Virus record (IMG/VR): IMGVR_UViG_2606217107_000001
DNA from: a virus
Taxonomy: Duplodnaviria > Heunggongvirae > Uroviricota > Caudoviricetes
Length of the DNA stretch: 25,598 nt
Reading direction: 5' to 3' (one strand)
Part shown: positions 1 to 9,487 of the stretch, one piece after another
Layout of the letters: each line of letters begins with the position of its first letter
Numbering within the stretch: position 1 is the stretch's first letter
Made by a program: the position numbers and the translations under genes
The notes under the pieces: model-generated
What the model was told of the DNA's origin: nothing
Databases searched by the model: none
The model's input: the letters and a program-made list of their open reading frames with translations, nothing else

Positions 1-33
1 GGATCAGTTGACCGATCCAGTGGCTGTGTAAGA

Positions 34-67
34 ATCCGGAAACGCTCACTTGTTTCCGGATTTTTTT
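34..67 (+). promoter_or_regulatory. Perfect 10-bp stem-loop plus T-tract immediately upstream of the transposase ATG (terminator-like; likely blocks read-in transcription or translation)
   Basis: atccggaaac (34..43), loop gctcactt, gtttccggat (52..61), then tttttt (62..67) directly before ATG at 68. Repeated identically in copy 2 at 24248..24281. Confidence 0.5.
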
Positions 68-1396
68 ATGCACATTGGACAGGCTCTTGATCTGGTATCC
101 CGTTACGATTCTCTGCGTAACCCACTGACTTCTCTGGGGGATTACCTCGACCCCGAACTCATCTCTCGTTGCCTTGCCGAATCAGGTACTGTAACGCTAC
201 GCAAGCGCCGTCTTCCCCTCGAAATGATGGTCTGGTGTATTGTTGGCATGGCGCTTGAGCGTAAAGAACCTCTTCACCAGATTGTGAATCGCCTGGACAT
301 CATGCTGCCGGGCAATCGCCCCTTCGTTGCCCCCAGTGCCGTTATTCAGGCCCGCCAGCGCCTGGGAAGTGAGGCTGTCCGCCGCGTGTTCACGAAAACA
401 GCGCAGCTCTGGCATAACGCCACGCCGCATCCGCACTGGTGCGGCCTGACCCTGCTGGCCATCGATGGTGTGTTCTGGCGCACACCGGATACACCAGAGA
501 ACGATGCAGCCTTCCCCCGCCAGACACATGCCGGGAACCCGGCGCTCTACCCGCAGGTCAAAATGGTCTGCCAGATGGAACTGACCAGCCATCTGCTGAC
601 GGCTGCAGCCTTCGGCACGATGAAGAACAGCGAAAATGAGCTTGCTGAGCAACTTATAGAACAAACCGGCGATAACACTCTGACGTTAATGGACAAAGGT
701 TATTACTCACTGGGACTGTTAAATGCCTGGAGCCTGGCGGGAGAACACCGCCACTGGATGATACCTCTCAGAAAGGGAGCGCAATATGAAGAGATCAGAA
801 AACTGGGTAAAGGCGATCATCTGGTGAAGCTGAAAACCAGCCCGCAGGCACGAAAAAAGTGGCCGGGACTGGGAAATGAAGTGACTGCCCGCCTGCTGAC
901 CGTGACGCGCAAAGGAAAAGTCTGCCATCTGCTGACGTCGATGACGGACGCCATGCGCTTCCCCGGAGGAGAAATGGGGGATCTGTACAGTCATCGCTGG
1001 GAAATCGAACTGGGATACAGGGAGATAAAACAGACGATGCAACGGAGCAGGCTGACGCTGAGAAGTAAAAAGCCGGAGCTTGTGGAGCAAGAGCTGTGGG
1101 GTGTCTTACTGGCTTATAATCTGGTGAGATATCAGATGATTAAAATGGCGGAACATCTGAAAGGTTACTGGCCGAATCAACTGAGTTTCTCAGAATCATG
1201 CGGAATGGTGATGAGAATGCTGATGACATTGCAGGGCGCTTCACCGGGACGTATACCGGAGCTGATGCGCGATCTTGCAAGTATGGGACAACTTGTGAAA
1301 TTACCGACAAGAAGGGAAAGGGCCTTCCCGAGAGTGGTAAAGGAGAGGCCCTGGAAATACCCCACAGCCCCGAAAAAGAGCCAGTCAGTTGCTTAA
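68..1396 (+). CDS. insG: IS4 transposase (DDE family), 442 aa
   Basis: ORF 50..1396; protein from [20 protein letters not shown]... recognised as the E. coli IS4 transposase. Start placed at ATG 68 (MHIGQ), which gives 442 aa; the track start at 50 lies inside the upstream hairpin. Confidence 0.9.
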   Translation: MHIGQALDLVSRYDSLRNPLTSLGDYLDPELISRCLAESGTVTLRKRRLPLEMMVWCIVGMALERKEPLHQIVNRLDIMLPGNRPFVAPSAVIQARQRLGSEAVRRVFTKTAQLWHNATPHPHWCGLTLLAIDGVFWRTPDTPENDAAFPRQTHAGNPALYPQVKMVCQMELTSHLLTAAAFGTMKNSENELAEQLIEQTGDNTLTLMDKGYYSLGLLNAWSLAGEHRHWMIPLRKGAQYEEIRKLGKGDHLVKLKTSPQARKKWPGLGNEVTARLLTVTRKGKVCHLLTSMTDAMRFPGGEMGDLYSHRWEIELGYREIKQTMQRSRLTLRSKKPELVEQELWGVLLAYNLVRYQMIKMAEHLKGYWPNQLSFSESCGMVMRMLMTLQGASPGRIPELMRDLASMGQLVKLPTRRERAFPRVVKERPWKYPTAPKKSQSVA

Positions 1397-1409
1397 CTGA
1401 CTGGCATTA
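1392..1409. repeat. IS4 right terminal inverted repeat (copy 1)
   Basis: cttaactgactggcatta; reverse complement matches the left repeat at 24198..24215 in 16 of 18 positions. Confidence 0.8.
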
Positions 1410-1552
1410 CCTCTTTGAAGGCGGTTTTTTTTGCGCTTGATTGCATGATTTTGCACGTCAATAAGTTCGTATTGACATATCCATAATGTCTGTTCTGGCG
1501 CGGATTCAGCTAATGCGGGCAACTGCATTAAAATCGTCCCACGAAGCGGGCG

Positions 1553-1571
1553 GGCGAGGCGGGGAAAGCAC
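1553..1571. other. Putative P2-type cos site (19-nt cohesive end sequence)
   Basis: GGCGAGGCGGGGAAAGCAC matches my recollection of the P2/P4 cohesive end. It lies ~170 bp from the portal gene Q, as in P2. Not verified against a database. Confidence 0.55.
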
Positions 1572-1740
1572 TGCGCGCTGGCGGTGGGGCTGATTTTATT
1601 TTTTCAGCGTCTGAGCGCGTCGTGATGGCGTTTAGATTGTGCGCCGTGGCGTTGGTGTGTCTGCGGGGTGTTTTGTGCGGTGGTGAGCGTGTGAGGGCGT
1701 GATGACGGGGTGTAAAAAAGCCGCCCGCAGGCGGCGATGT

Positions 1741-2775
1741 TCAGCCGTTGTCGGTGTCCAGTGAGTAGTTTTTAAAGCGGATGACCTCCTGACCGAGCCA
1801 GCCGTTTATCTCGCGGATCCTGTCCTGTAACGGGATAAGCTCATTGCGGACAAAGACCTTTGCCACTTTCTCAATATCACCCAGCGACCCGACGTTCTCC
1901 GGCTTACCGCCCATCAACTGAAAGGGGATGCGGTGCGCGTCCAGCAGGTCAGCGGCGCTTGCTTTTTTGATATTAAAAAAATCGTCCTTCGTTGCCACTT
2001 CACTGAGCGGGATAATTTTAATGCCGTCGGCTTTCCCCTGTGGGGCATAGAGAAACAGATTTTTAAAGTTGTTGCGGCCTTTCGACTTAACCATGTTTTC
2101 GCGAAGCATTTCGATATCGTTGCGATCCTGCACGGCATCGGTGACGTACATGATGTATCCGGCATGTGCGCCGTTTTCGTAATACTTGCGGCGGAACAGC
2201 GTGGCCGATTCATTCAGCCAGGCAGAGTTAAGGGCGCTGAGATATTCCGGCAGGCCGTACAGCTCCTGATTAATATCCGGCTCCAGCAGGTGAAACACGG
2301 AGCCGGGCGCGAAAGGTGTCGGCTCGTTGAAGGACGGCACCCACCAGTAAACATCCTCCTCAACACCACGGCGGGGATATTTTGCCGGTGAGGGTTCCAG
2401 TCTGATGACCTTACCGGTGGTGCTGTAGCGCTTTTCCAGAAACGCATTACCGAACACCAGAAAATCCAGCACAAAGCGGCTGAAATCCTGCTGGGAAAGC
2501 CACGGATGCGGGATAAATGTCGAGGCCAGAATATTGCGTTTAACGTAAATCGGTGAGCTGTGATGCACGGCAGCACGCAGGCTTTTTGCCAGACCGGTAA
2601 AGCTGATTGGTGGCTCATACCATCTGCCGTTACTGATGCATTCGACGTAATCCAGAATGTCACGGCGGTCGAGTACCGGCACCGGCTCACCAAAGGTGAA
2701 TGCCTCCATTTTCGGGGCGCTGGCGGTCATTGTTTTTGCCGCAGGTTGCGGTGTTTTCCCTTTTTTCTTGCTCAT
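1741..2775 (-). CDS. Q: Portal protein (P2 gpQ-like), 344 aa
   Basis: ORF 1741..2775 minus; protein MSKKKGKTPQPAAKTMTASAPKMEAF... recognised as P2 portal. First gene next to cos, transcribed leftward with P as in P2. Start overlaps the P stop. Confidence 0.92.
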   Translation of the reverse strand: MSKKKGKTPQPAAKTMTASAPKMEAFTFGEPVPVLDRRDILDYVECISNGRWYEPPISFTGLAKSLRAAVHHSSPIYVKRNILASTFIPHPWLSQQDFSRFVLDFLVFGNAFLEKRYSTTGKVIRLEPSPAKYPRRGVEEDVYWWVPSFNEPTPFAPGSVFHLLEPDINQELYGLPEYLSALNSAWLNESATLFRRKYYENGAHAGYIMYVTDAVQDRNDIEMLRENMVKSKGRNNFKNLFLYAPQGKADGIKIIPLSEVATKDDFFNIKKASAADLLDAHRIPFQLMGGKPENVGSLGDIEKVAKVFVRNELIPLQDRIREINGWLGQEVIRFKNYSLDTDNG

Positions 2776-4547
2776 CAGTAAAACTCCAGAATGGTGGATG
2801 TCAGCGGGGTGCTGATACCGGCGGTGAGTGGCTCATTTAACAGGGCGTGCATGGTCGCCCAGGCGAGGTCGGCGTGGCTGGCTTCCTCGCTGCGGCTGGC
2901 CTCATAGGTGGCGCTGCGTCCGCTGCTGGTCATGGTCTTGCGGATAGCCATAAACGAGCTGGTGATGTCGGTGGCGCTGACGTCATATTCCAGACAGCCA
3001 CGGCGGATGACGTCTTTTGCCTTGAGCACCATTGCGGTTTTCATTTCCGGCGTGTAGCGGATGTCGCGCGCGGCGGGATAGAACGAGCGCACAAGCTGGA
3101 ACACGCCGACACCGAGGCCGGTGGCATCAATACCGATGTATTCGACGTTGTATTTTTCGGTGAGTTTGCGGATGGATTCCGCCTGGGTGGCAAAGTCCAT
3201 GCCTTTCCACTGGTGACGCTCAAGTATTCTGAATTTGCCACCGGCCACCACCGGCGGTGCCAGTACCACGCATCCGGCGCTGTCGCCACGGTGTGACGGG
3301 TCGTAACCAATCCATACCGGTCGGGAGCCGAACGGATTTGCGGCAAACGGCGCATAGTCTTCCCATTCTTCCAGCGTGTCGACCATGCAGCGTTGCAGCT
3401 CCTCGAACGGGAACACCGACGCCTTGTCGTCAACAAATTCACACATGAACAGGTTTTTAAAATCGTCGGCGCTGTTTTCACGTTTAAGCTGCTCAATGTC
3501 GAACAGTGTGCAGCCGCCTTTCAGGGCGTCCTCAATGGTGACAATCTGCCGCCACTGGCCGTCCGCACAGAGAAGACCACCGGCAAGGGCGTTATGACTG
3601 ACGTCGATTTCCACGCGTTCGGCGGCGCTGGCGCGTCCCCGGTTGAACAGTTCACCCGACCAGAACGGGTAGGCGTCGTGCGCCAGCGTGGACGGGGTGG
3701 AGAAATAGGTCGAGCGCAGGTGACTCTGTGAGGCCATACCTGATGCCACCTTACGCAGTACCTGAAAATTCGGGATCCAGAAAATCTCGTCGACGTACAG
3801 GTCGCCGTTATGGCTCTGCGCGGTGTTGGAGTTGGTGCCGAGAAAAATCAGTTTTGCGCCGTTATTGCCCAGGACAATCGGGTCACCGGTCAGGTCAACG
3901 TCAACCAGACGGGCAAAGGCGATGATGTATTCGCGGAACACATACGCCTGCGTTTTACTGGCCGACAGAAAAATCTGGTTATGGCCGGTTTTCAGGGCGC
4001 GCAGCAGCGCCTCGCGGGAAAAATAAAACGTTGCGCCAATCTGGCGGGATTTCAGGATATCGCGGATGCGGTGCTCAAGCCCGGCACGATACCAGTGCAA
4101 CTGATAGTCGAAAGACTGCTCAAAGAAAATCTGCTCCAGCTTTTCGATGGCCTCGTCACTGAAAAAATTCTTTTTCGGTTTGCGACGCCCGCCTTTGTTG
4201 CGGTTAGCGACGTTCGGATTAAGGTCTGCCTCGTTGCCGGTCTGGCTGTAGCGGTTTACCCGTGCCAGTCGTTCAATCTGGCGTCCCAGCAGGTCAATTT
4301 CCTTGAAGTCACCGCCGGTTTTCTGCGGTTTGATGATGAGCTGGGTCAGCCGCGCTTCCAGGCTCATTTCGACACGGCTGATGGGGGCAACGCTGTCCCA
4401 GCCGTCGCGCTGTTTCCAGCTCTGCACCGTCGGGCGTTTCATCTGCAACATGGCGGCAATCTGCGGCACGGAAACCCCCTGCCAGTACAGCAGCGCCGCC
4501 TGACGACGCGGGTCGTGTAAAAGAGTGGTGTCTGTGGTGATGGTCAT
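2775..4547 (-). CDS. P: Terminase large (ATPase) subunit (P2 gpP-like)
   Basis: ORF 2775..4577 minus. Likely start is the ATG at 4547 (MTITTDTTLLHDPRR...), preceded by GAGG; an alternative in-frame start is at 4577. Recognised as P2 gpP. Confidence 0.9.
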   Translation of the reverse strand: MTITTDTTLLHDPRRQAALLYWQGVSVPQIAAMLQMKRPTVQSWKQRDGWDSVAPISRVEMSLEARLTQLIIKPQKTGGDFKEIDLLGRQIERLARVNRYSQTGNEADLNPNVANRNKGGRRKPKKNFFSDEAIEKLEQIFFEQSFDYQLHWYRAGLEHRIRDILKSRQIGATFYFSREALLRALKTGHNQIFLSASKTQAYVFREYIIAFARLVDVDLTGDPIVLGNNGAKLIFLGTNSNTAQSHNGDLYVDEIFWIPNFQVLRKVASGMASQSHLRSTYFSTPSTLAHDAYPFWSGELFNRGRASAAERVEIDVSHNALAGGLLCADGQWRQIVTIEDALKGGCTLFDIEQLKRENSADDFKNLFMCEFVDDKASVFPFEELQRCMVDTLEEWEDYAPFAANPFGSRPVWIGYDPSHRGDSAGCVVLAPPVVAGGKFRILERHQWKGMDFATQAESIRKLTEKYNVEYIGIDATGLGVGVFQLVRSFYPAARDIRYTPEMKTAMVLKAKDVIRRGCLEYDVSATDITSSFMAIRKTMTSSGRSATYEASRSEEASHADLAWATMHALLNEPLTAGISTPLTSTILEFY

Positions 4548-4720
4548 GAATACCTCGCCGTGATGAATACACGGCAAGGCTACTGAGTCGCGCCCCGCGA
4601 TTCGCTAAGGTGCTGTTGTGTCAGTGATAAGCCATCCGGGACTGATGGCGGAGGATGCGCATCGTCGGGAAACTGATGCCGACATGTGACTCCTCTAATC
4701 ACTATTCAGGACTCCTGACA
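4548..4720. promoter_or_regulatory. Divergent intergenic region expected to hold Ogr-dependent late promoters for P-Q (leftward) and O-N-M-L (rightward)
   Basis: 173-bp non-coding gap between divergently oriented P and O, as in P2. Promoter elements not resolved by eye. Confidence 0.4.
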
Positions 4721-5575
4721 ATGGCAAAAAAAGTCTCAAAATTCTTTCGTATCGGCGTTGAGGGTGACACCTGTGACGGGCGTGTCATCAGTGCGCAGGA
4801 TATTCAGGAAATGGCCGAAACCTTTGACCCGCGTGTTTATGGTTGCCGTATTAACCTGGAACATCTGCGCGGCATCCTGCCTGACGGTATTTTTAAACGT
4901 TATGGCGATGTGGCCGAACTGAAGGCCGAAAAGATTGACGATGATTCGGCGCTGAAAGGCAAATGGGCGCTGTTTGCGAAAATCACCCCGACAGATGACC
5001 TTATCGCGATGAACAAGGCCGCGCAGAAGGTCTACACCTCAATGGAAATTCAGCCGAACTTTGCCAACACCGGCAAATGTTATCTGGTGGGGCTGGCCGT
5101 CACCGATGACCCGGCAAGCCTCGGCACGGAATACCTGGAATTCTGCCGCACGGCAAAACACAACCCCCTGAACCGCTTCAAATTAAGCCCTGAAAACCTG
5201 ATTTCAGTGGCAACGCCTGTTGAGCTGGAATTTGAAGACCTGCCTGAAACCGTGTTCACCGCCCTGACCGAAAAGGTGAAATCCATTTTTGGCCGCAAAC
5301 AGGCCAGCGATGACGCCCGTCTGAATGACGTGCATGAAGCGGTGACCGCTGTTGCTGAACATGTGCAGGAAAAACTGAGCGCCACTGAGCAGCGCCTCTC
5401 TGAGATGGAAACCGCCTTTTCCGCACTTAAGCAGGAGGTGACTGACAGGGCGGATGAAACCAGCCAGGCATTCACCCGCCTGAAAAACAGTCTCGACCAC
5501 ACCGAAAGTCTGACCCAGCAGCGCCGCAGCAAGGCCACCGGTGGTGGCGGTGATGCCCTGCTGACGAACTGCTGA
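4721..5575 (+). CDS. O: Capsid scaffolding protein (P2 gpO-like), 284 aa
   Basis: ORF 4655..5575; start placed at ATG 4721 (MAKKVSKFFRIG...), giving 284 aa as recalled for P2 gpO. Confidence 0.9.
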   Translation: MAKKVSKFFRIGVEGDTCDGRVISAQDIQEMAETFDPRVYGCRINLEHLRGILPDGIFKRYGDVAELKAEKIDDDSALKGKWALFAKITPTDDLIAMNKAAQKVYTSMEIQPNFANTGKCYLVGLAVTDDPASLGTEYLEFCRTAKHNPLNRFKLSPENLISVATPVELEFEDLPETVFTALTEKVKSIFGRKQASDDARLNDVHEAVTAVAEHVQEKLSATEQRLSEMETAFSALKQEVTDRADETSQAFTRLKNSLDHTESLTQQRRSKATGGGGDALLTNC

Positions 5576-5633
5576 CCGGCGTCAGTCAGTCCGGGAAAAC
5601 CTTCACGATTAACCCTTAATTTCAGGAAAAACT

Positions 5634-6707
5634 ATGCGCCAGGAAACCCGCTTTAAATTTAATGCTTACCTGTCCCGTGTTGCCGAACTGAACGGCATCG
5701 ACGCCGGTGATGTGTCGAAAAAATTCACCGTTGAACCGTCGGTCACCCAGACCCTGATGAACACCATGCAGGAGTCCTCTGACTTTCTGACCCGCATCAA
5801 CATTGTGCCGGTCAGCGAAATGAAAGGGGAAAAAATTGGCATCGGTGTCACCGGCTCCATCGCCAGCACCACCGACACCGCCGGTGGCACCGAGCGTCAG
5901 CCGAAGGACTTCTCGAAGCTGGCGTCTAACAAGTACGAATGCGACCAGATTAACTTCGATTTTTATATCCGCTACAAAACGCTGGACCTGTGGGCGCGTT
6001 ATCAGGATTTCCAGCTCCGTATCCGTAACGCCATTATCAAACGCCAGTCCCTTGATTTAATCATGGCCGGTTTTAACGGCGTGAGGCGTGCCGAAACCTC
6101 TGACCGCAGCAGCAATCCGATGCTGCAGGATGTGGCGGTCGGCTGGCTGCAGAAATACCGCAATGAAGCCCCGGCGCGCGTGATGAGCAAGGTCACTGAC
6201 GAGGAAGGTCACACGACCTCTGAGGTCATCCGCGTGGGTAAGGGCGGTGATTATGCCAGCCTCGATGCACTGGTGATGGATGCGACCAACAACCTGATTG
6301 AGCCGTGGTATCAGGAAGACCCTGACCTTGTGGTGATTGTGGGGCGTCAGCTACTGGCGGACAAGTATTTCCCCATCGTTAACAAGGAGCAGGACAACAG
6401 CGAGATGCTGGCCGCTGACGTCATCATCAGCCAGAAACGCATCGGCAACCTGCCGGCGGTACGCGTCCCGTACTTCCCGGCGGATGCGATGCTCATCACG
6501 AAGCTGGAAAACCTGTCCATCTACTACATGGATGACAGCCATCGCCGCGTGATTGAGGAAAACCCGAAACTCGACCGCGTGGAGAACTACGAGTCAATGA
6601 ATATTGATTACGTGGTGGAAGACTACGCCGCCGGTTGCCTGGTGGAAAAAATTAAGGTCGGTGATTTCTCCACACCGGCTAAGGCGACCGCAGAGCCGGG
6701 AGCGTAA
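5634..6707 (+). CDS. N: Major capsid protein (P2 gpN-like), 357 aa
   Basis: ORF 5634..6707; AGGAAA ribosome-binding site upstream; protein MRQETRFKFNAYLSRVAELNG... recognised as P2 gpN. Confidence 0.93.
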   Translation: MRQETRFKFNAYLSRVAELNGIDAGDVSKKFTVEPSVTQTLMNTMQESSDFLTRINIVPVSEMKGEKIGIGVTGSIASTTDTAGGTERQPKDFSKLASNKYECDQINFDFYIRYKTLDLWARYQDFQLRIRNAIIKRQSLDLIMAGFNGVRRAETSDRSSNPMLQDVAVGWLQKYRNEAPARVMSKVTDEEGHTTSEVIRVGKGGDYASLDALVMDATNNLIEPWYQEDPDLVVIVGRQLLADKYFPIVNKEQDNSEMLAADVIISQKRIGNLPAVRVPYFPADAMLITKLENLSIYYMDDSHRRVIEENPKLDRVENYESMNIDYVVEDYAAGCLVEKIKVGDFSTPAKATAEPGA

Positions 6708-6710
6708 CCG

Positions 6711-7454
6711 ATGACGAGTCCCGCACAGCGCCACATGATGCGGGTCTCGGCAGCGATGACCGCGCAGCGGGAAGCCGCCCCGCTGCGACATGCAACTGTC
6801 TATGAGCAGATGCTGGTTAAGCTCGCCGCAGACCAGCGCACACTGAAAGCGATTTATTCAAAAGAGCTTAAGGCCGCGAAAAAGCGCGAACTGCTGCCGT
6901 TCTGGTTGCCGTGGGTGAACGGCGTGCTGGAGCAGGGCAAAGGTGCACAGGATGACATTCTGATGACGGTCATGCTGTGGCGTCTGGATACCGGCGATAT
7001 TGCCGGTGCGCTGGAGATTGCCCGTTATGCCCTGAAGTACGGTCTGACCATGCCGGGTAAACACCGCCGCACCCCGCCGTACATGTTCACCGAGGAGGTG
7101 GCGCTCGCGGCCATGCGCGCTCACGCTGCCGGTGAGTCTGTGGATACCCGCCTGCTGACGGACACCCTTGAACTGACCGCCACGGCAGACATGCCTGATG
7201 AAGTGCGCGCAAAGCTGCACAAAATCACCGGTCTGTTTCTGCGTGACGCTGGTGATGCCGCAGGTGCGCTGGCGCACCTGCAACGTGCGACACAGCTCGA
7301 CTGTCAGGCAGGCGTCAGAAAAGAGATTGAACGACTGGAGCGGGAGCTGAAACCGAAGCCGGAGCCGCAGCCCGAAGCGGTCACCCGTGCCCCGCGTAAG
7401 ACCCGGAGCGTGACACCGGCAAAACGTGGACGCCCGAAAAAGAAAGCCAGTTAA
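6711..7454 (+). CDS. M: Terminase small (endonuclease) subunit (P2 gpM-like), 247 aa
   Basis: ORF 6711..7454; lysine/proline-rich basic C-terminus; position and length as for P2 gpM. Confidence 0.9.
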   Translation: MTSPAQRHMMRVSAAMTAQREAAPLRHATVYEQMLVKLAADQRTLKAIYSKELKAAKKRELLPFWLPWVNGVLEQGKGAQDDILMTVMLWRLDTGDIAGALEIARYALKYGLTMPGKHRRTPPYMFTEEVALAAMRAHAAGESVDTRLLTDTLELTATADMPDEVRAKLHKITGLFLRDAGDAAGALAHLQRATQLDCQAGVRKEIERLERELKPKPEPQPEAVTRAPRKTRSVTPAKRGRPKKKAS

Positions 7455-7552
7455 CAACGAATGCGCCCCGCGCCAGGGCGGCACGCCGGTCAGTGAGGGT
7501 GAATCACCTGACGCTGTACCGGCGTCCACCGCCCGACTTTTCAGAGGTAGTC

Positions 7553-8062
7553 ATGATGACGCTGATTATTCCGCGAAAGGAGGCTCCCGTGTCCGGTGAG
7601 GGTACGGTGGTCATCCCGCAACCGGCAGGCGACGAGCCGGTGATTAAAAACACGTTCTTTTTTCCCGATATCGACCCGAAGCGCGTCCGGGAACGTATGC
7701 GCCTTGAGCAGACCGTCGCCCCCGCCCGTCTGCGTGAGGCCATCAAGTCAGGCATGGCTGAAACAAATGCGGAGCTGTACGAGTACCGCGAACAGAAAAT
7801 TGCCGCCGGTTTTACGCGTCTGGCGGACGTTCCGGCGGACGACATCGACGGTGAAAGTATCAAAGTTTTTTACTACGAGCGCGCCGTGTGTGCGATGGCG
7901 ACCGCGTCGCTTTATGAGCGTTATCGCGGCGTGGATGCCAGTGCGAAAGGCGACAAGAAGGCTGACAGCATTGACAGCACCATTGATGAACTGTGGCGGG
8001 ATATGCGCTGGGCGGTGGCGCGTATCCAGGACAAGCCGCGCTGCATCGTGAGTCAAATCTGA
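7553..8062 (+). CDS. L: Head completion/stabilisation protein (P2 gpL-like), 169 aa
   Basis: ORF 7493..8062; start placed at ATG 7553 (MMTLIIPRKE...), preceded by GAGG at 7544..7547. Confidence 0.88.
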   Translation: MMTLIIPRKEAPVSGEGTVVIPQPAGDEPVIKNTFFFPDIDPKRVRERMRLEQTVAPARLREAIKSGMAETNAELYEYREQKIAAGFTRLADVPADDIDGESIKVFYYERAVCAMATASLYERYRGVDASAKGDKKADSIDSTIDELWRDMRWAVARIQDKPRCIVSQI

Positions 8063-8265
8063 TGAAGACCTTTGCGCTACAGGGCGACACGCTCGACGCC
8101 ATTTGTGTCCGGTATTACGGGCGCACTGAGGGCGTGGTTGAGACCGTGCTCGCCGCAAATCCGGGACTGGCTGAACTGGGTGCGGTGCTGCCACACGGCA
8201 CCGCCGTCGAACTGCCCGACGTTCAGACCGCGCCCGTGGCTGAAACTGTCAATCTGTGGGAGTAA
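8062..8265 (+). CDS. X: Tail protein X (P2 gpX-like), 67 aa
   Basis: Inside ORF 7993..8265; start at ATG 8062 (MKTFALQGDTLDAICVRYYG...), overlapping the L stop. Confidence 0.85.
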   Translation: MKTFALQGDTLDAICVRYYGRTEGVVETVLAANPGLAELGAVLPHGTAVELPDVQTAPVAETVNLWE

Positions 8266-8268
8266 CGC

Positions 8269-8550
8269 ATGACAGCAGAAGAAAAAAGCGTCCTGTCGCT
8301 TTTCATGATTGGGGTGCTGATTGTTGTCGGCAAGGTGCTTGCCGGTGGTGAACCCATCACCCCGCGTCTGTTTATCGGGCGCATGTTGCTCGGTGGTTTT
8401 GTCTCGATGGTTGCCGGTGTTGTTCTGGTGCAGTTTCCTGACCTGTCACTGCCTGCAGTGTGCGGCATCGGCTCCATGCTGGGTATCGCCGGTTATCAGG
8501 TGATTGAGATTGCCATTCAGCGCCGTTTTAAGGGCAGGGGGAAACAGTAA
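8269..8550 (+). CDS. Y: Holin (P2 gpY-like), 93 aa
   Basis: ORF 8269..8550; hydrophobic membrane-spanning segments and charged C-terminus (RRFKGRGKQ); first gene of the lysis cassette. Confidence 0.9.
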   Translation: MTAEEKSVLSLFMIGVLIVVGKVLAGGEPITPRLFIGRMLLGGFVSMVAGVVLVQFPDLSLPAVCGIGSMLGIAGYQVIEIAIQRRFKGRGKQ

Positions 8551-9047
8551 TGCCGGTAATTAACACGCATCAGAATATCGCGGCCTTTCTCGACATGCTG
8601 GCCGTGTCCGAAGGGACGGCGAATCATCCGCTGACGAAAAACCGGGGCTATGACGTGATAGTCACCGGACTGGACGGGAAGCCGGAAATTTTCACCGACT
8701 ACAGTGACCACCCGTTCGCACATGGCCGACCGGCGAAGGTGTTTAACCGTCGCGGTGAAAAATCCACGGCCTCCGGTCGCTATCAGCAACTTTACCTGTT
8801 CTGGCCGCATTACCGCAAACAGCTTGCCCTGCCGGATTTCAGTCCGTTGTCACAGGACAGACTTGCCATTCAGTTGATCCGCGAACGCGGTGCACTGGAT
8901 GACATCCGGGCGGGACGCATTGAGCGCGCCATTTCACGCTGTCGCAATATCTGGGCGTCCCTGCCGGGTGCCGGTTACGGTCAGCGTGAGCATTCACTGG
9001 AAAAACTGGTCACCGTCTGGCGTACCGCTGGCGGCGTACCGGCTTAA
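8550..9047 (+). CDS. K: Endolysin (P2 gpK-like), 165 aa
   Basis: ORF 8550..9047; follows the holin; protein MPVINTHQNIAAFLDMLAVSEGT... recognised as P2 K. Confidence 0.9.
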   Translation: MPVINTHQNIAAFLDMLAVSEGTANHPLTKNRGYDVIVTGLDGKPEIFTDYSDHPFAHGRPAKVFNRRGEKSTASGRYQQLYLFWPHYRKQLALPDFSPLSQDRLAIQLIRERGALDDIRAGRIERAISRCRNIWASLPGAGYGQREHSLEKLVTVWRTAGGVPA

Positions 9048-9061
9048 ACGGAGTAAACACC

Positions 9062-9487
9062 ATGAAGAAATTATCCCTTTCACTGATGCTGAACGTGTCG
9101 CTGGCGCTGATGCTGGCACTGTCCCTGATTTATCCGCAGAGCGTGGCCGTCAGTTTTGTCGCTGCCTGGGCGATTCTGGCGACGGTTATCTGTGTGGTTG
9201 CCGGTGGTGTCGGCATGTATGCCACTGAGTATGTGCTGGAACGCTACGGGCGGGAGCTTCCGCCGGAATCGCTGGCCGTGAAGATTGTCACGTCGCTGTT
9301 TTTGCAGCCGGTGCCGTGGCGCAGACGGGCAGCGGCTCTGGTGGTGATGGTGGCGACGTTTATCTCGCTGGTCGCCGCCGGATGGATTTTTACCGCGCTG
9401 ATTTATCTCGTGGCGTCACTGTTTTTCCGGCTGATACGTACGGCCTGCCGTCAGCGTTTTGGGGGGCGGGAACCATGTCAAAGCTGA
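9062..9487 (+). CDS. lysA: Lysis timing protein LysA-like membrane protein, 141 aa
   Basis: ORF 9062..9487; multiple hydrophobic helices; position and length as for P2 lysA. Confidence 0.85.
   Translation: MKKLSLSLMLNVSLALMLALSLIYPQSVAVSFVAAWAILATVICVVAGGVGMYATEYVLERYGRELPPESLAVKIVTSLFLQPVPWRRRAAALVVMVATFISLVAAGWIFTALIYLVASLFFRLIRTACRQRFGGREPCQS

Larger units (their letters stand above)
1..1409 (+). mobile_element. IS4 insertion sequence, left copy (first ~17 bp of the left inverted repeat lie outside the window)
   Basis: Encodes a 442-aa IS4-type transposase. Right terminal repeat cttaactgactggcatta at 1392..1409 is the imperfect inverse (16/18) of taatgccgatcagttaag seen at 24198..24215. 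Inferred full length is 1426 bp, matching the recalled size of IS4. Confidence 0.9.

Noticed and set aside
50-67. Longer N-terminal extensions in the ORF track for insG (50), O (4655), L (7493), X (7993), lysB (9316), lysC (9638), ogr (23891) and P (4577)
   Set aside because: Internal ATG codons with better ribosome-binding sites give proteins whose lengths match the recalled P2 and IS4 products; the extensions run into upstream genes or structured regions.
197-1090. Antisense ORFs inside the IS4 transposase gene (197..664 and 719..1090, minus strand; repeated at 24411..24878 and 24933..25304)
   Set aside because: Fully contained in the well-supported transposase frame on the other strand; no independent start signals; typical spurious ORFs of GC-rich coding DNA.
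1410-1552. Possible remnant of an old or tin gene between IS4 and cos
   Set aside because: No ORF of meaningful length and no recognisable protein-coding signal in this 143-bp segment.
3810-4520. 236-aa plus-strand ORF inside terminase gene P
   Set aside because: Antisense to a confidently identified gene; arginine- and glycine-rich low-complexity translation typical of a GC-rich antisense frame.
6858-7529. 223-aa minus-strand ORF overlapping M and the start of L
   Set aside because: Antisense to the terminase small subunit gene; arginine/glycine-rich low-complexity translation; no ribosome-binding site seen.
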